Assembly: GCA_030390025.1 (NCBI GenBank)
Contig: CM059440.1
Coordinates: forward strand, 53,878,001-53,942,000
Source: Squalus acanthias
Lineage: Eukaryota
DNA: 64,000 nt
Direction: 5' to 3'
Notes under the pieces: model-generated
Databases searched by the model: none
What the model was told of the DNA's origin: nothing
Seen by the model: only the letters and a program-made list of their open reading frames with translations
Shown: piece after piece, positions 1-11,714 of the stretch
Layout: each line of letters opens with the position of its first letter
Position numbering within the stretch: the stretch's first letter is position 1
Position numbers and translations under genes: made by a program

Positions 1-17
1 CTCTCTTCCTCGGACTG

Positions 18-312
18 TGGGCTCTCACACACCTCCCCTCCATTTGGTCCATCACTGGTGCCTGTGTCTTCAGCCTCCTAGGCCCCACGCCCTGGAGTTC
101 CTTCCGTAAACTCATCCGCCTCTCCGCCTCCCTCTCCTCCTTTACGACCCTTCTTAAAACCCACCTCTTTGACCAAGCTTTTAGTCACCCCTTCTAATAT
201 CTCCTACTTTGGCTCGGCATCCATTTTTGCCCGATGACGTCTCTGTGAAAGGCCATGGAACATTACTCCACGTCAAAGATGATTATATAAATGCACATTG
301 TTATTGTTGTTG
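18..312 (+). mobile_element. L2-clade LINE 3' end fragment (diverged)
   Basis: Similar to 2880-3155 (gccttcagc...tggaattcc...ctttgaccaagctttt) and ends in tatataaatgca + (GTT)n-like tail. Confidence 0.8.
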
Positions 313-519
313 TATACAATCCAGACCATCTTCCTAGAGCCTTGCACTAGAGCAACCTTTTCATTGTGTAAATGCAGTAAATTATTAAATATTAATATTA
401 CAGTTTACATTCTTATTAGAATGTAATTTTAGAATGATATTGTACACTGGGAACTGGTGTAACAGCTCTGGTTCAGTGATGTAGCTCAGACATTTATTTT
501 GGCAGCAGATAGGATGTGT

Positions 520-972
520 GTCAGTTGTGGCTCAGTTGGTAACACCCTCGCCTCTGAGTCAGACAAGGTCATAGGTTCATAGTCCCACTTCAGAGGCTTG
601 AGTACAAAAATCTAAGCTGAGGGAGTGCTGCACTGCCGGAGGTGCCATCTTTCGGATGAGACGTTAAACCGAGGCCCCGTCTGCCCTCTCAGGTGGACGT
701 AAAAGATTCCATGGCACTATTTCAAAGAAGAGCAGGGGAGTTATCCCCGACATCCTGGCCAATATTTATCCCTCAATCAGCATCACTAAAAACAGATTAT
801 CTGGTCATTATCACATTGCTGTTTGTGGGATCTTGCTGTGCGCAAATTGGCTGCCGTGTTTCCTACATTGCAACAGTGACTACACTTCAAAAAGTACTTC
901 ATTGGCTGTGAAGCGCTTTGGGACATCCTGAGGTTGTGAAAGGCGCTCTGGAAATGCAAGTCTTGCTTTTTT
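520..972 (+). mobile_element. DeuSINE (SacSINE1/AmnSINE1-like), near full length
   Basis: tRNA-like head (A box tggctcagttgg, B-box-like ggttcatagtcc), Deu-like core gtctttcggatgagacgttaaaccgaggcccc, tail aaatgcaagtctt. Confidence 0.9.
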
Positions 973-1674
973 CCCCTGTTATTTGATCTACCTCCTGTAT
1001 CGTTGTATGGAAGTTAATAGTGAGAAAGGTTAGGATTAGGTTTGCAGGAGAGCTGAGAAGGTGCTAGGAAATAAGACAACTGTTCAATATACAGAGCTAC
1101 TATTAGGGGAGGCTTTGGCCACAAATGATGGCTCGTTGCTAAAGCAAAGAGCCCTTGGCTTCAGAGTTTGTATCCTACATTATTTAGCATTTTCTTGCTT
1201 CAGTAGGGGAGTTTTATCAGTTTGCGGCTGATCTATTGGGAGAAATACCACATGGAACCTTAATTTCTCCCCTCTTCTCCTTTCTTAGTTCAGTTGAACC
1301 TCCAACAACCCAATCATGGAACAGAATTGACAGAAAGCATGAAAATCTACATCTAGACCATCCTACTCTCCAGACTCAAGGGATGTGGGGAAGTAAGAGG
1401 AATGAGGGAAGAATCTTCAGTAATTAGTATGAATACATCACTAATTTTCCTGTTTACATTGATTAAAGGAACGGAACTAGTTTAGAACAGGACGGTTTTC
1501 ATATTATCTAAAACACACGAAAAGGTTTGGAAGCCAAACATCTCAGTTGGCTTCTTTGCAGGCCGAAAATTCTCTCCCTGAGAAAACGGTTTACTTAAAC
1601 AATGGATTGTAGCTTGTAAAAGGTCCTAATTACATACTTGTGGGAAAAGAAGTGATTGAAAATTCACACTAGCG

Positions 1675-2204
1675 CATAGAAATATAGGAACAGGCGGAGG
1701 CCATTAGCCCCTCGAGCTGTTCCGCCATTCAGTGAGATCATGGCTGATCTGTGACCGAACTCCATATACCCGCCTTTGCCACGTATCCCTTAATATCCTT
1801 TGGTTAACAAAATGCTCTCAATCTCCGATTTAAAATTAACAATTGATCGAGCATCAATTGCCGTTTGTGGAAGAGAGTTCCAAACTTCTACCACCCTTTG
1901 TGTGTAGAAGTGTTTCCTAACTTCACTCCTGAAAGGTCTGGCTCTAATTTTTAGACAATGCCCCCAATCCTAGAATCCCCAACCAGCGGAAATAGTTTCT
2001 CTCTATCTACCCTTTCTGTTCCCCTTAATATCTTGAAAACTTTGATCAAATCACCCCTTAACCTTCTAAATTCCAGGGAATACAACCCTAGTTTGTGTAA
2101 TCTCTCCTCGTAAGTTAACCCTTGGAGTCCAGGTATCATTCTGGTAAACCTACGCTGCACTCCCTCCAAGGTTAATATATCCTTCCTAAGGTGTGGTGCC
2201 CAGA
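1675..2204 (-). mobile_element. CR1 LINE 3' end
   Basis: Encodes FWAPHLRKDILTLEGVQRRFTRMIPGL...LYSLEFRRLRGDLI; CR1 3' UTR hairpin and catagaaa-type tail. Confidence 0.9.
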
Positions 2205-2457
2205 AGGTTAGGTTAGGTATAGGAGGTTTACAGTGTATTCCAGTATATTTCAGAGTCCAGCTGTGGGAAACATTCATTGCTGGAAGCTCACAGACACAGG
2301 GTACAGTGTGCTCCATGTTCCAGTTATCTCTAGTACAATCAGTACTCCTCAAACTAGTAACCTGTTTGCAACAACTGAAATATTAGCATGTGTGGCACAA
2401 CTGGCTTCCATTTGATAGATGTCAATCTCATGTGTGTGATTGTAACTGTTCACACTT

Positions 2458-3155
2458 CCTATTTGACCCCGAGCTGAGCTTCCGACCCCATATCCTCTCT
2501 CTCGCCAAGACCGCCTGCTTCCACCTCCACAACATCGCCCGTCTCCATCCCTGCCTCAGCTCGTCTTCTGCTTGAAACCCTCATCCATGTCTTTCTTATC
2601 TCCAGACTTCAATGCTCTCCTGGCTGACCTCTCACCGTGCACCGTCCGTAAACTTGAGCTCATCCAAAACTCTGCTGGCCGTACCCTAACTCGCACCAAG
2701 TCCCGTTCACCCATCACCCCTGTGCTCGCTGACTTACACTGGCATCCGGTCTGGCAATACGTCAGTTTTAAAATTCTTATCCTTGTTTTCAAATCCCTCC
2801 ATGGCCTCGCCCCTCCCTATCTCTGTAACCTCCTCCAGCACCCCCGAGATATCTGCGCTCCTCCAATTCTGGCCACTTGAGCATCCCCGATATTCAATGC
2901 GCCATCATTGGCGGCCGTGCCTTCAGCTGCCTAGGCCCTAAGCTCTGGAATTCCCTGCCTAAACCTCTCCGCCTCTCTACCTCTCTCTCCTCTTTTAAGA
3001 CGCTCCTTAAAACCTACCTCTTTGACCAAGCTTTTGGCCATCTGTCCTAATATCTCTTTATGTGGCTCGGTGTTTTGTTTGGTAACACTTCTGTGAAACG
3101 CCTTGGGATGTTTTACTCTGTGAAAGGCGCTATATAAATGCAAGTTGTTGTTTTA
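2458..3155 (+). mobile_element. L2-clade LINE 3' end (degenerate ORF2 C-terminus)
   Basis: Peptides FHLHNIARLHP and LELIQNSAGRTL...ITPVLADLHW...FKILILVFKSLHGLAPPYL; tail aaaggcgctatataaatgcaagttgttg. Confidence 0.9.
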
Positions 3156-4145
3156 TTGTGCTCAATATCACTGTGTGTTTGTCAATTGTCTAACAACGGT
3201 CTTCCTTGGGAGGTAAGTGGGGTCTTTTTGGGATCAAGTTGCTCCAAGGTGAGGTGCAATGGGAACCAAATTGATATTTGTGGTGGGTTCCGTAACCTGA
3301 GTTAATATGTTAATAATTGACCAGCTAGGCTGGCTCATTAAGGGGACATGGAGGGGTAGGTCCGACACTGGGATTCTGCCCATTTGACCACAGGTAACCC
3401 TACACGCCAGTGCCATAACAGATAGGGCGATCCTGAGGGCGATAATGACTCTCTCAGTGAGAGATGGATGGTGCACCACTGCAAGTCTATCAATGATAGT
3501 CCACAGCTAGTTACAGTGAGAAGTATATCCCAGGAAGAGGTCCTGTTTCTTTGACCAATCACATTGAACAAACATTGGGAAGCTAACCACACTCCCTATG
3601 AGGCAGACAGAAGATTTACTGTCTCAGGCACCTGACTGCCTAAAGAAGCTGTGCTCGCTGCAGTGTCTCATGTGGGAGGCCAAGAGCCACAGTCTCTGCT
3701 TTAGAGCTGATAAGTATAGGTGGCCAAAAAAAAACGGAATCTACTGAACGCTGATGTACACAGCTGTGGATTATCACTGATTAACTTGGATCATAATCAT
3801 CAGCCCTTCAACTGTGGGAATTATCACACATCAACGCAGGGTTCGCTGCTGGCAAAAAGAGAATGATAGATAATTGGATAAAACTGCTCATACAAACTCC
3901 GCATTTTGTTCATACACGTTTTTAGATGTTTGGGAGTGGTTATAAAGGTATAATCTCATTGAAACCCTCAGTTACTGTTTAGAACTATTGAAGTTCTGGT
4001 TAGGCAGTAAACGATATTATTTGAATCCCTCAATGAGGTTATTCCCAGGAATCTTAACTTTATAGTTAGAACTGTTTCCTTTTAATAAAGAGTGGTGAAT
4101 GAAAATTTGACTGAAGAAGTGCATTATTACAAATTTTTAAACAAA

Positions 4146-4675
4146 GAACATAAGAGCATAAGAATTAGGAGCAGGAGTCGGCCATAGGGCCTCTCGAGCC
4201 TGGTCCGCCATTCAATAAGATCATGGCTGATCTTCTACCTCAACTCCACTTTCCCGCCCGATCTCCATATACCTTGATTCCTCTAGAGTCCAAAAATCTA
4301 TCGATCTCAGCCTTGAATATATTCAACGATTCAGCAGCCACAGCCCTTTGGGGTAGAGAATTCCAAAGATTCACAACCCTCTCAATGAAGAAATTCCTCC
4401 TCATCTCAGTCTTAAATGGCCAACCCCTTATCCTGAGACTATGCCCCCTAGATCTAGACTCTCCAACCAGGGGAAACAACCTCTCAGCATCTACCCTATC
4501 AATCCCCCTCAGAATCTTATAAAGAATGAGATCTCCTCTCATTCTTCTAAATTCCAGACAGTATAGGCCCAATCTACTCAATCTCTCCTCATAGGACAAC
4601 CCTCTCATCTCAGGGATCAATCTAGTGAACCTTCGTTGCACCGACTCTAAGGCAAGTATATCCTTCCTCAGATAA
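4146..4675 (-). mobile_element. CR1 LINE 3' end
   Basis: YLRKDILALESVQRRFTRLIP...RVVNLWNSLP...YGDRAGKW; (ACATAAGA)n tail. Confidence 0.9.
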
Positions 4676-4824
4676 GCAAACCACAATGGCCCGCCCCCCC
4701 CCTCCCCCCCCATGGATGAGTAGGCAAATGCATCACCCATTCTGCGACTGAGTATTCCCATTGCCACTAACTCAGCACAGACCAGATTGCCCACCCAGGA
4801 CCTTCTGTTTCTGGTGCAACTGCA

Positions 4825-5100
4825 GAACCACCGGGTGCCCTCTGCCACTTCACCTGTGCGCCCATCTGCATGCCTGGACTGTGAGTGTCAGCTGAGAGTC
4901 CTCTGCGGGGGGCAGCACAGCCACGTTTGATCTTCCAGCAGGGCTCAGGAGGGGGGTTAACTCTGGCTGATTTTCCTACCCTTGGCCGCGGTCACCGCAG
5001 CTAAAAACAGCTAACTCAGGCACAGACTGGGAATAGGAGCTGAGATCTTTCCCGGTCTGTATGGTTCAGTTCCACACTGGACACTAACATTGCCAATTGA
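4825..5100 (-). mobile_element. Old AmnSINE2-like SINE remnant
   Basis: Reverse complement of catacagaccgggaa...ctgtgc.tgagttagctg...aaaatcagccag, shared with other copies in the window. Confidence 0.55.
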
Positions 5101-5314
5101 GTTATCAGGAAGTCTTTCTAAGTGCCCTAACCCATTCTAATTTTGAAAATTGCAGTGCACTCTATTGAGAATAGCGTTATGAATACTCCATGAATTAGCC
5201 CCGTGTTTGTAACTGTCGATTTTCTGTCTTACAAGACAAAATTGATAGTAAAAAGTCCAATTAAATGTGTAAACTTGCATTGCTCCCTGTCCTGGATTTC
5301 TTTTAGTCTTTTCT

Positions 5315-5715
5315 CCTACTCTCCTGAAGGCACTGGCACAAACTGGGCTGTGGTTTAACAGGTGCCAGCTGCCCACTAGTTCATTACCCACCCAAGTGCG
5401 CATTCTTCAGATCTGTGTGCTAGACAGTATGTGTTGGCAGGCCTTTTGTTAGTGGGGGCCAGTATAGCCAAACCTGATCTTGTTCTAACCACCCTCATCC
5501 GAAACCTACATCTATGCACTTTCCAGCAGGGATACTGGAGAGCGATCAAGAGCAGGAACCCTGGACGAATTTTCCCCACTCTCGTCCAGAAGCACGGTGG
5601 CTAATAATAGTAGCATCATGCCACCTTGGCTGAGAGCAACTAACTCAGGGAATTGAACCTGGGACCTGCCTTCTTGGCTCAATTCAACACCAAACACCGC
5701 ATTTGCTCACTGTAC
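5315..5715 (-). mobile_element. Old AmnSINE2-like SINE
   Basis: Reverse complement contains ggtcccaggttcaattccctgagttag...gggttcctgctcttgatcgctctccagt...ctgctggaaagtg...ccttcaggagag. Confidence 0.65.
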
Positions 5716-6267
5716 TTTTGGAGAACCTCTGAAATATAAATAACATTCTTTACTCTATGTCGTTCGCCTGACAATTCATTCAATCAGCATCAAAAAAGAT
5801 TTGGGCAAATGCGTTTCTACACCATGACCCCAGCTGTTAAAACAAATAAAGATCAGGCAACACTTTGGATTTGTTTTAAATGGCCCGCTCATGTTATCAG
5901 GAATAGCTGCTTGGAAGCAAGTTCAGTTAAGTCCAAACCTTTCATTGCAATAGTCTTTGCCTCTGGCCTCAGTGGGAGCTTGGCTGTGCCCAGCAGAGGA
6001 TCTCAAACCACAATAAGATAAGTATTGTTAATGAGTGGAACAGGACCTCATGGAGTTTGATATTAAAGTTTGCTGGCAATTCCTGCTGGATGGGAAGATC
6101 AAAGAAAGTGCAGGAAGTACAAACTTAACCGTGATCTTGCAGGATTGATCTTGCCCCGTGGGCAGCATAGTGCTTTTTAAAGCTGTATCTCCATTGAGGC
6201 TGTTTCTTGGTTCTCTCTTGTCTCTTTGGGTTGGTATCAGCATTGTTTCCATTTAGACAGTCCCACA

Positions 6268-6671
6268 TCAGTGGGTAGCATCCTCGCCTCTGAGTCAGAA
6301 GGTTGTGGGTTCAAGTCCCACTCCAGAGACTTGAGCACAAAAATCTAGGCTGACACTCCAGTGCAGTGCTGAGGGAGTGCTGCACTGTCAGAGGTGCTGT
6401 CTTTCGGATGAGACGTTAAACTTTGGGTGTCTGCTCTCTCAGGTGGACGTAAAAGATCCCATGGCACTATTTCAAAGAAGTGCAGGGGAGTTATCCCCAG
6501 GTGTCCTGGCCAATATTTATCCCTCAATCAACATCACTAAAACAATTATCTGGTCATTATCACATTGCTGTTTGTGGGAGCTTGCTGTGTGCAAATTGGC
6601 TGCTGCGTTTCCCACATTAAAACAGTGACTACACTTCAAACGTACTTCATTGGCTGTAAAGTGCTTTGGGA
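6268..6671 (+). mobile_element. DeuSINE (SacSINE1-like), tail missing
   Basis: Head tcagtgggtagc...ggttcaagtcc and Deu-like core. Confidence 0.9.
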
Positions 6672-6878
6672 CATAAAAACAGAAAATGCTGGAAATACTC
6701 AGCAGGTCAGGCCAAACACAGTTTGGGTGACCGCTTTGCGGAACACCTCCATTCAGTCCGTAAGCGTGACCTCGGGCCTGTCACTTTAATTCTCCGCTCC
6801 ACTCCCACTCTGACCTCTTGGTCCTTGGCCTCTTACACTGTTCCAACGAAGCTCAATGCAAGCTCAAGGAACAACAGC
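6672..6878 (+). mobile_element. Penelope-like element fragment (terminal repeat plus GIY-YIG endonuclease remnant)
   Basis: aaaacagaaaatgctggaaatactcagcaggtcagg followed by frameshifted HSLGDRFAEHLHSVRKRD..HFNSPLHSHSDLLVLGLLHCSNEAQCKLKEQQL. Confidence 0.8.
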
Positions 6879-7815
6879 TTGCAAAGCAACTAGCGCCCGG
6901 TCGCGGCGCTGCCCATGCCTCCCGTTAAATTCAGCGGGAGGTTAGCGGCGGCGCTAACTGGTAGCGCCCCGCGGTGCTGCGCCGCCAGCGATGATGTCAT
7001 CGCCGTGCACAGCGCCCCGCCCGCAATCTTCAAGAGTGCCCCCTGACTTACCGCCGGACGCTATATCCGACGGGGTCAGGGGGGCCTACCTGCGACCGGG
7101 GAGGCGCTATTTAAAGGCAAGGTGCGGGGCAGCCATTTTTGTTGCTGGTTGCCTGCCAGCACCCGCCTGCGCTCCTGTCCCCGGCCTCCTGAACTGCCTC
7201 CACCCCCACCCCGCGGAGTGCCGGCAGCGCGCCAAGAGCCCGGCACTTCTCGAGTGTCAATCCGCCACCTGAGCAACCCGATTTTAAATTACTGAAACTC
7301 ACTTTTAAAAATATTTAAAACTATTTTCTAGTTATATTGGGGCACATTGGTCAGTTTTCTTAGTACAGGTTGAGCGTCCCAAATCCGGAGTTCCGGAATC
7401 CGGACTCCGGGACGATTGGTGGCTGGGGTCCGGAATCCGTAAAATGTTCCGGAATCCGGACACCCTGAGGGAGGCTTACCAAAAACCGGAAATAGCGCAA
7501 CCTGGGCCCAGGCATTTCCGGACTCGGCAAGTGTTTCTGATGTCCGAAGTCCGGAAATATCGCAACCTGGGCTCGGGCGTTTCCAGACTTCGGACATCAG
7601 AAACACGTTCCGAAGTCCGGGAAAACTCGAAAACCGGCTCGGCCTCGGTCGTGAGGTTGCCTGGATTAGGGGCGCTCAACCTGTATATTCAAACAAAAAT
7701 CACATTTAAAAGCTTTTAAAGGGTATCTTTTAGTGTCCTTGCGCCCAAAAGATCCAGCTTAATTTTTAAAGCCGCCCTGAAGACCCGCAAATGAGTGCAG
7801 CTAGCGGAAACTCCC
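6879..7815 (+). mobile_element. GC-rich non-autonomous DNA transposon fragment, PIF/Harbinger-like family A (interrupted by a Tigger MITE)
   Basis: gcaaagcaactagcgccc...aaattcagcg shared with 9005-9060 and with the reverse complement of 46580-46610. Confidence 0.65.
7366..7683. mobile_element. Tc1/mariner Tigger-type (Tigger4/MER46-like) MITE
   Basis: TA|CAGGTTGAGCGTCCC...GGGCGCTCAACCTG|TA: terminal inverted repeats with TA duplication. Confidence 0.9.
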
Positions 7816-7822
7816 AATGGTG

Positions 7823-8279
7823 AAAAAGAAAGACTTGCATTTCTATAGCGCCTTTCACGACCACTGGACATCCCAAAGCGCTTTACAGTCAATGAAGTAC
7901 TTTTTGGAGTGTAGTCACTGTCGTACTGTAGGAAACGCGGCAGCCAATTTGCGCACAGCAAGCTCCCACAAGCTGCAATGTGATAATGACCAGATAATCT
8001 GTTTTTATTATGTTGATTGAGGGATAAATATTGGTCAGGACACCGGGGAGAACTCCCCTGCTCTTCTTCAAAATAGTGGCCATGGGATCTTTTACCTCCA
8101 CCTGAGAGAGCAGACAGGGCCTCGGTTTAGCAGCTCATCCGAAAGACGGCACCTCTGACAGTACAGTACTCCCTCAGCACTGCACCTGGAGTGTCAGCCT
8201 AGATTTATGTGCTCAAGTCTCTGGAGTGGGACTTGAACCCACAACCTTCTGACTCAGAGGTGAGGGTGCTACCCACTGA
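7823..8279 (-). mobile_element. DeuSINE (SacSINE1-like)
   Basis: Reverse complement of head, core and tail (aagaaagacttgcattt). Confidence 0.9.
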
Positions 8280-8707
8280 TGTGGGACTGTCTAAATAAAA
8301 CCAATGCTGATACCAACCCAAAGAGACAAGAGAGAACCAAGAATCAGCCTCAATGGAGATACAGCTTTAAGAAGCACTATGCTGCCCACTGGGCAAGATC
8401 AAGATAAAGCTGCCACCATAACAACAGAAATCTGTGTGAAAATCAAAGATGGTCGATGAAATGCAAGTTCACTGCAACTTTCTCAGATACGTTGCTTTTC
8501 GACTATATGACTGATAGATTTCCATAGTATTTTATGTATGTGAATAAGACTGAATCTCCTTCACAATACCCATGTGATATTTGTTCTCTCGGAGCTTTGT
8601 TCTGTAACTGGTCACACCGTACTGACTGGAGTGTGTGTTTTTGTGTAATTTGTGCTCCTCCGGTGAAGGTGCTGACTTTTGCTGGGGTACAGTTCCATGG
8701 GCAATGA

Positions 8708-8920
8708 AACATAAGAACATAAGAAATAGGAGCAGGAATAGGCCACTTGGCCCCTCGAGCCTGCTCCGCCATTCAATAAGATCATGGCTGATCTTGGGCT
8801 CAAAGCCACTTCCCCGCCCGCTCCCCATAACCCTTCACTCCCTTATCGTGCAAAAATCTGTCTATCTCCACCTTAAATGTATTTAATGACCCAGCCTCTA
8901 CGGCTCTCTGCAGCAGAGAA
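8708..8920 (-). mobile_element. CR1 LINE extreme 3' end
   Basis: (ACATAAGA)n tail, 3' UTR hairpin, FKVEIDRFL..KGVKGYGERAGKW. Confidence 0.85.
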
Positions 8921-8948
8921 AGCCCCCCTAGTATCTCATCCAAGTGAT

Positions 8949-9317
8949 GGGGGGAAAATTCGGTTGCTTTGCACCTCATTAGCCCGAGGGGGCGCCAACG
9001 GGGCACAAAGCAACTAGCGCCCAGGCGTGGCACCACCAACACCTCCCACGAAATTCAGCGTGACATCATCACCGTGAGCAGCACCCCGCTCGTGCCCGGG
9101 CCAAAACTTGGCTCGTGCCCCCTGACCTACCGCCGGACGCTGTGCCCGACAGGGTCAGGGGGGCGTTTTTGCGGCCGGGGCGGAGATAATTAAAGGGCAG
9201 GTGCCGGGCGGCCATATTTTTTTGGGCCTCCTGCTAGCACCTGCCCCCTCTAGCCTCCCTTCTGCTGGATGCCGGCCGCGATCGGTCAGCTCGGCACTCC
9301 TCTTGAGTGCCGGGCTC
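8949..9317 (+). mobile_element. PIF/Harbinger-like family A, one terminus
   Basis: Begins GGGGGGAAAATTCGGTTGCTTTGC, matching the reverse complement of the 46640-46664 terminus. Confidence 0.7.
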
Positions 9318-9611
9318 TTTAGCCTCTTGCGCATCTCTGATTATAATCGCTCCACCATTGGCGGCCGTGCCTTCAGCTGTCTAGGCCCTAAGCTCTGAAA
9401 TTCCCTCCCTGAACCTCTCCGTCACCCTACCTCTCTTTCCTCCTTTAAGATGCTCCTTAAAACCTACCTCTTCGACCAAGCTTTTGACCAAGCTGTTCTC
9501 ATATCTCTTTATGTGGCTCAGCGTCAAATTGTGTTTGATAATCGCTCCTGCAAAGGGCCTTGGGACGCTTTGCTACGTTGAAGGCGCTATATAGATACAA
9601 GTTGTTGTTGT
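9318..9611 (+). mobile_element. L2-clade LINE 3' end
   Basis: RSTIGGRAFSCLGPKL; tail aaggcgctatatagatacaagttgttgttg. Confidence 0.88.
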
Positions 9612-10094
9612 AGACTCCATTCCACTCAAGGCAGTGCCCTCATTAAGTGAACTGTTGGTGGAGCCTTGAACCAGCAACCTAACGGAACTGGGATTTCCAG
9701 CCACTACAGGAACAGTAAAGGCAGAAGTAGCTCGGTGGGAAATGTTGAGGGAGGGCAAAGCACGGCAAATTCCTGCTTTTTAATCACCATCTTTGCTACT
9801 AATTTCCCAGCATAGTACCAGTGCTGTTCATAATGAATGTTTATAAATAGGAATTTCCTGCTTCCAAGCAAGGAATTCCTGATGAGAGATGCCTGAAGCC
9901 GTAGGCTGTGTTTTGTTGAGGTGGCTGTTTATGGATTTGAAAGCTCTGACAGTAAATCTCTAAGGACTGCACATCCTTTTACTGATTGTACATTACAGGT
10001 TGTTTTTCTTTATTTAAAGATGTTTGAAAAGGAAATCCTGCAAAACTCTGTTGATAAAAGAGGGACAGACGTGCTTCCCAGTTGATGAAGTCAA

Positions 10095-10355
10095 TGCGTG
10101 ACTTAGGCACACAGACCAGAAGCTCCTCCGTTCAAAGCTCGGTCTGCGTTGAGTTAGCAGCTTTGAACGGGGCAGCGGTAGAGATGCTGCAGTTGATTTC
10201 CGTGTCTCTGGGCTGGGAAGGGTAGCATGAACCGGTGACCCTGCGTTTGATCGCTAACCAGAGGCTCCGGCTGGCGAGTGTGCATGCCTGGCATCCACTG
10301 TGAACCGAACCCCCCCCCCCCCCAAAAGAATCCACGACTTCAAGGAGAGGAGAAA
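10095..10355 (+). mobile_element. Old AmnSINE2-like SINE (internally deleted)
   Basis: cacagaccagaag...ggtctgcgttgagttagc...cttcaaggagaggag. Confidence 0.5.
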
Positions 10356-10416
10356 GGGAGAAAATCGGCACCAAAAAAAAACATGGGGGAACTGGGCATT
10401 TTAACGGGGTTGCCAC

Positions 10417-10550
10417 CAATGTTCCCTTTAAACCGCGCAGCGCTCTGCGGGTCCCGCCCAGCCGATGAGCTGGCTTTTAATTAGAAAAACCGCGCGTGCA
10501 CAAGTTTTGAACGGGCCAGGCGGCCCAGAAAGAAATTAAAGGGAACATTG
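10417..10550. mobile_element. hAT-type MITE (TIR CAATGTTCCC)
   Basis: CAATGTTCCCT...AGGGAACATTG; 8-bp flanks gttgccac / gttggcgc. Confidence 0.8.
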
Positions 10551-11714
10551 GTTGGCGCACCATTGGGGTAGTAATGGGCAGTTGCCATCACGTTCGCTGT
10601 CGCCTGTGATGTGTGCAAATGTTTTGTTCCTTAACATTGAGATTGTTTGTCTTGATGAGCGCAACATGTCTTCATTAAATTAATGAATATAGCTTTAAGA
10701 GAGTTCACTGAGCTGCACCTCTCTTTCACAAACATCACTGGAATCCTCAAAGGGTTAATTAAGCCCAGCACAGATAGCGAGCCCGTGCCTGGTAACACGC
10801 TCGAGGTAATGACTTCACTGCTGTCTGTTACATAACTCACCATGGGGCCACCTCTCATTACGGTTAATGGGCTGGATGTGCCCTTTGCATCTGTAAGAAG
10901 TGGAAGATGCAAAAGATTTCACTTGCTGTAGATGCCATCCAATTAGCATCTCTGTTTCGAGGCAAGGATAAGGCTGGGCAGGATGGGGATTCCACAGTGA
11001 CTGGCAGCTTTTACACTGTCCTGGGTGTGAAGCCGACAGTGGGAGAGGGTGAGCTCAGAGTTTCCGTAATGAGTTGACTCTGGGTATACACGTTGGAAGG
11101 GTTTACCCAGTATGTTTTGTTTCTGTATTGGGTTTTAGCGCACAATAAATCCTACAGAGCAAACGGACGCCAAGCTGAAGTCTGTCATCCCATTAATTTA
11201 GACGGTGAAGGAAAAAAATATATGCTCCATCTGCCTGGCCAGGCTGAGTACAGCTGCAATTATAGCCTAATTCTACCAGTAAAGTCATTGCATACCTATG
11301 GCCTGACAATATTGGCAATAGGGGGGTGTACATATTTAAGCATTTTATAGCTTGTCACTTTGGATAAGATTATATTCAGAGACACTGCACCATTAGCTGT
11401 TCCAATGCATGATGGACAGGGTAACAAAGAGGACAGATAGCTGGGATTAAGCATATTGCAATGCAAATCCATATGAAGGTTCTTTTTTTATGATGTGTGA
11501 CTTACTGCTTGATCCTGTACATAAATAAGGATGCCATGTTGTCGGTAAAAGAAATTACATGACCAGTACATTAAGGATTAGTGGGTGACTAAAAAGCACA
11601 TGGTGGGGACGAGGTGGTGCAGTCGGCTTATCGTAAGGGTCCTACATGATATTACTTTGAGCGGTCCCAACCACTTCCAAGCAGATGTTAGATCACAGCG
11701 TAAAAATACCCCAA

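Larger units (their letters stand above)
6145..8402. repeat. Inverted duplication: arms 6145-6671 and 7871-8402 (123 bp unique flank plus SINE)
   Basis: 6145-6267 is the reverse complement of 8280-8402 with 6 mismatches in 123 bp, continuing into the same truncated SINE junction on both arms. Confidence 0.92.

Noticed and set aside
3190-3600. Possible exon or LINE endonuclease remnant (LTQVTEPT-like peptide on the minus strand)
   Set aside because: Similarity is too weak to call, and there are no convincing splice sites.
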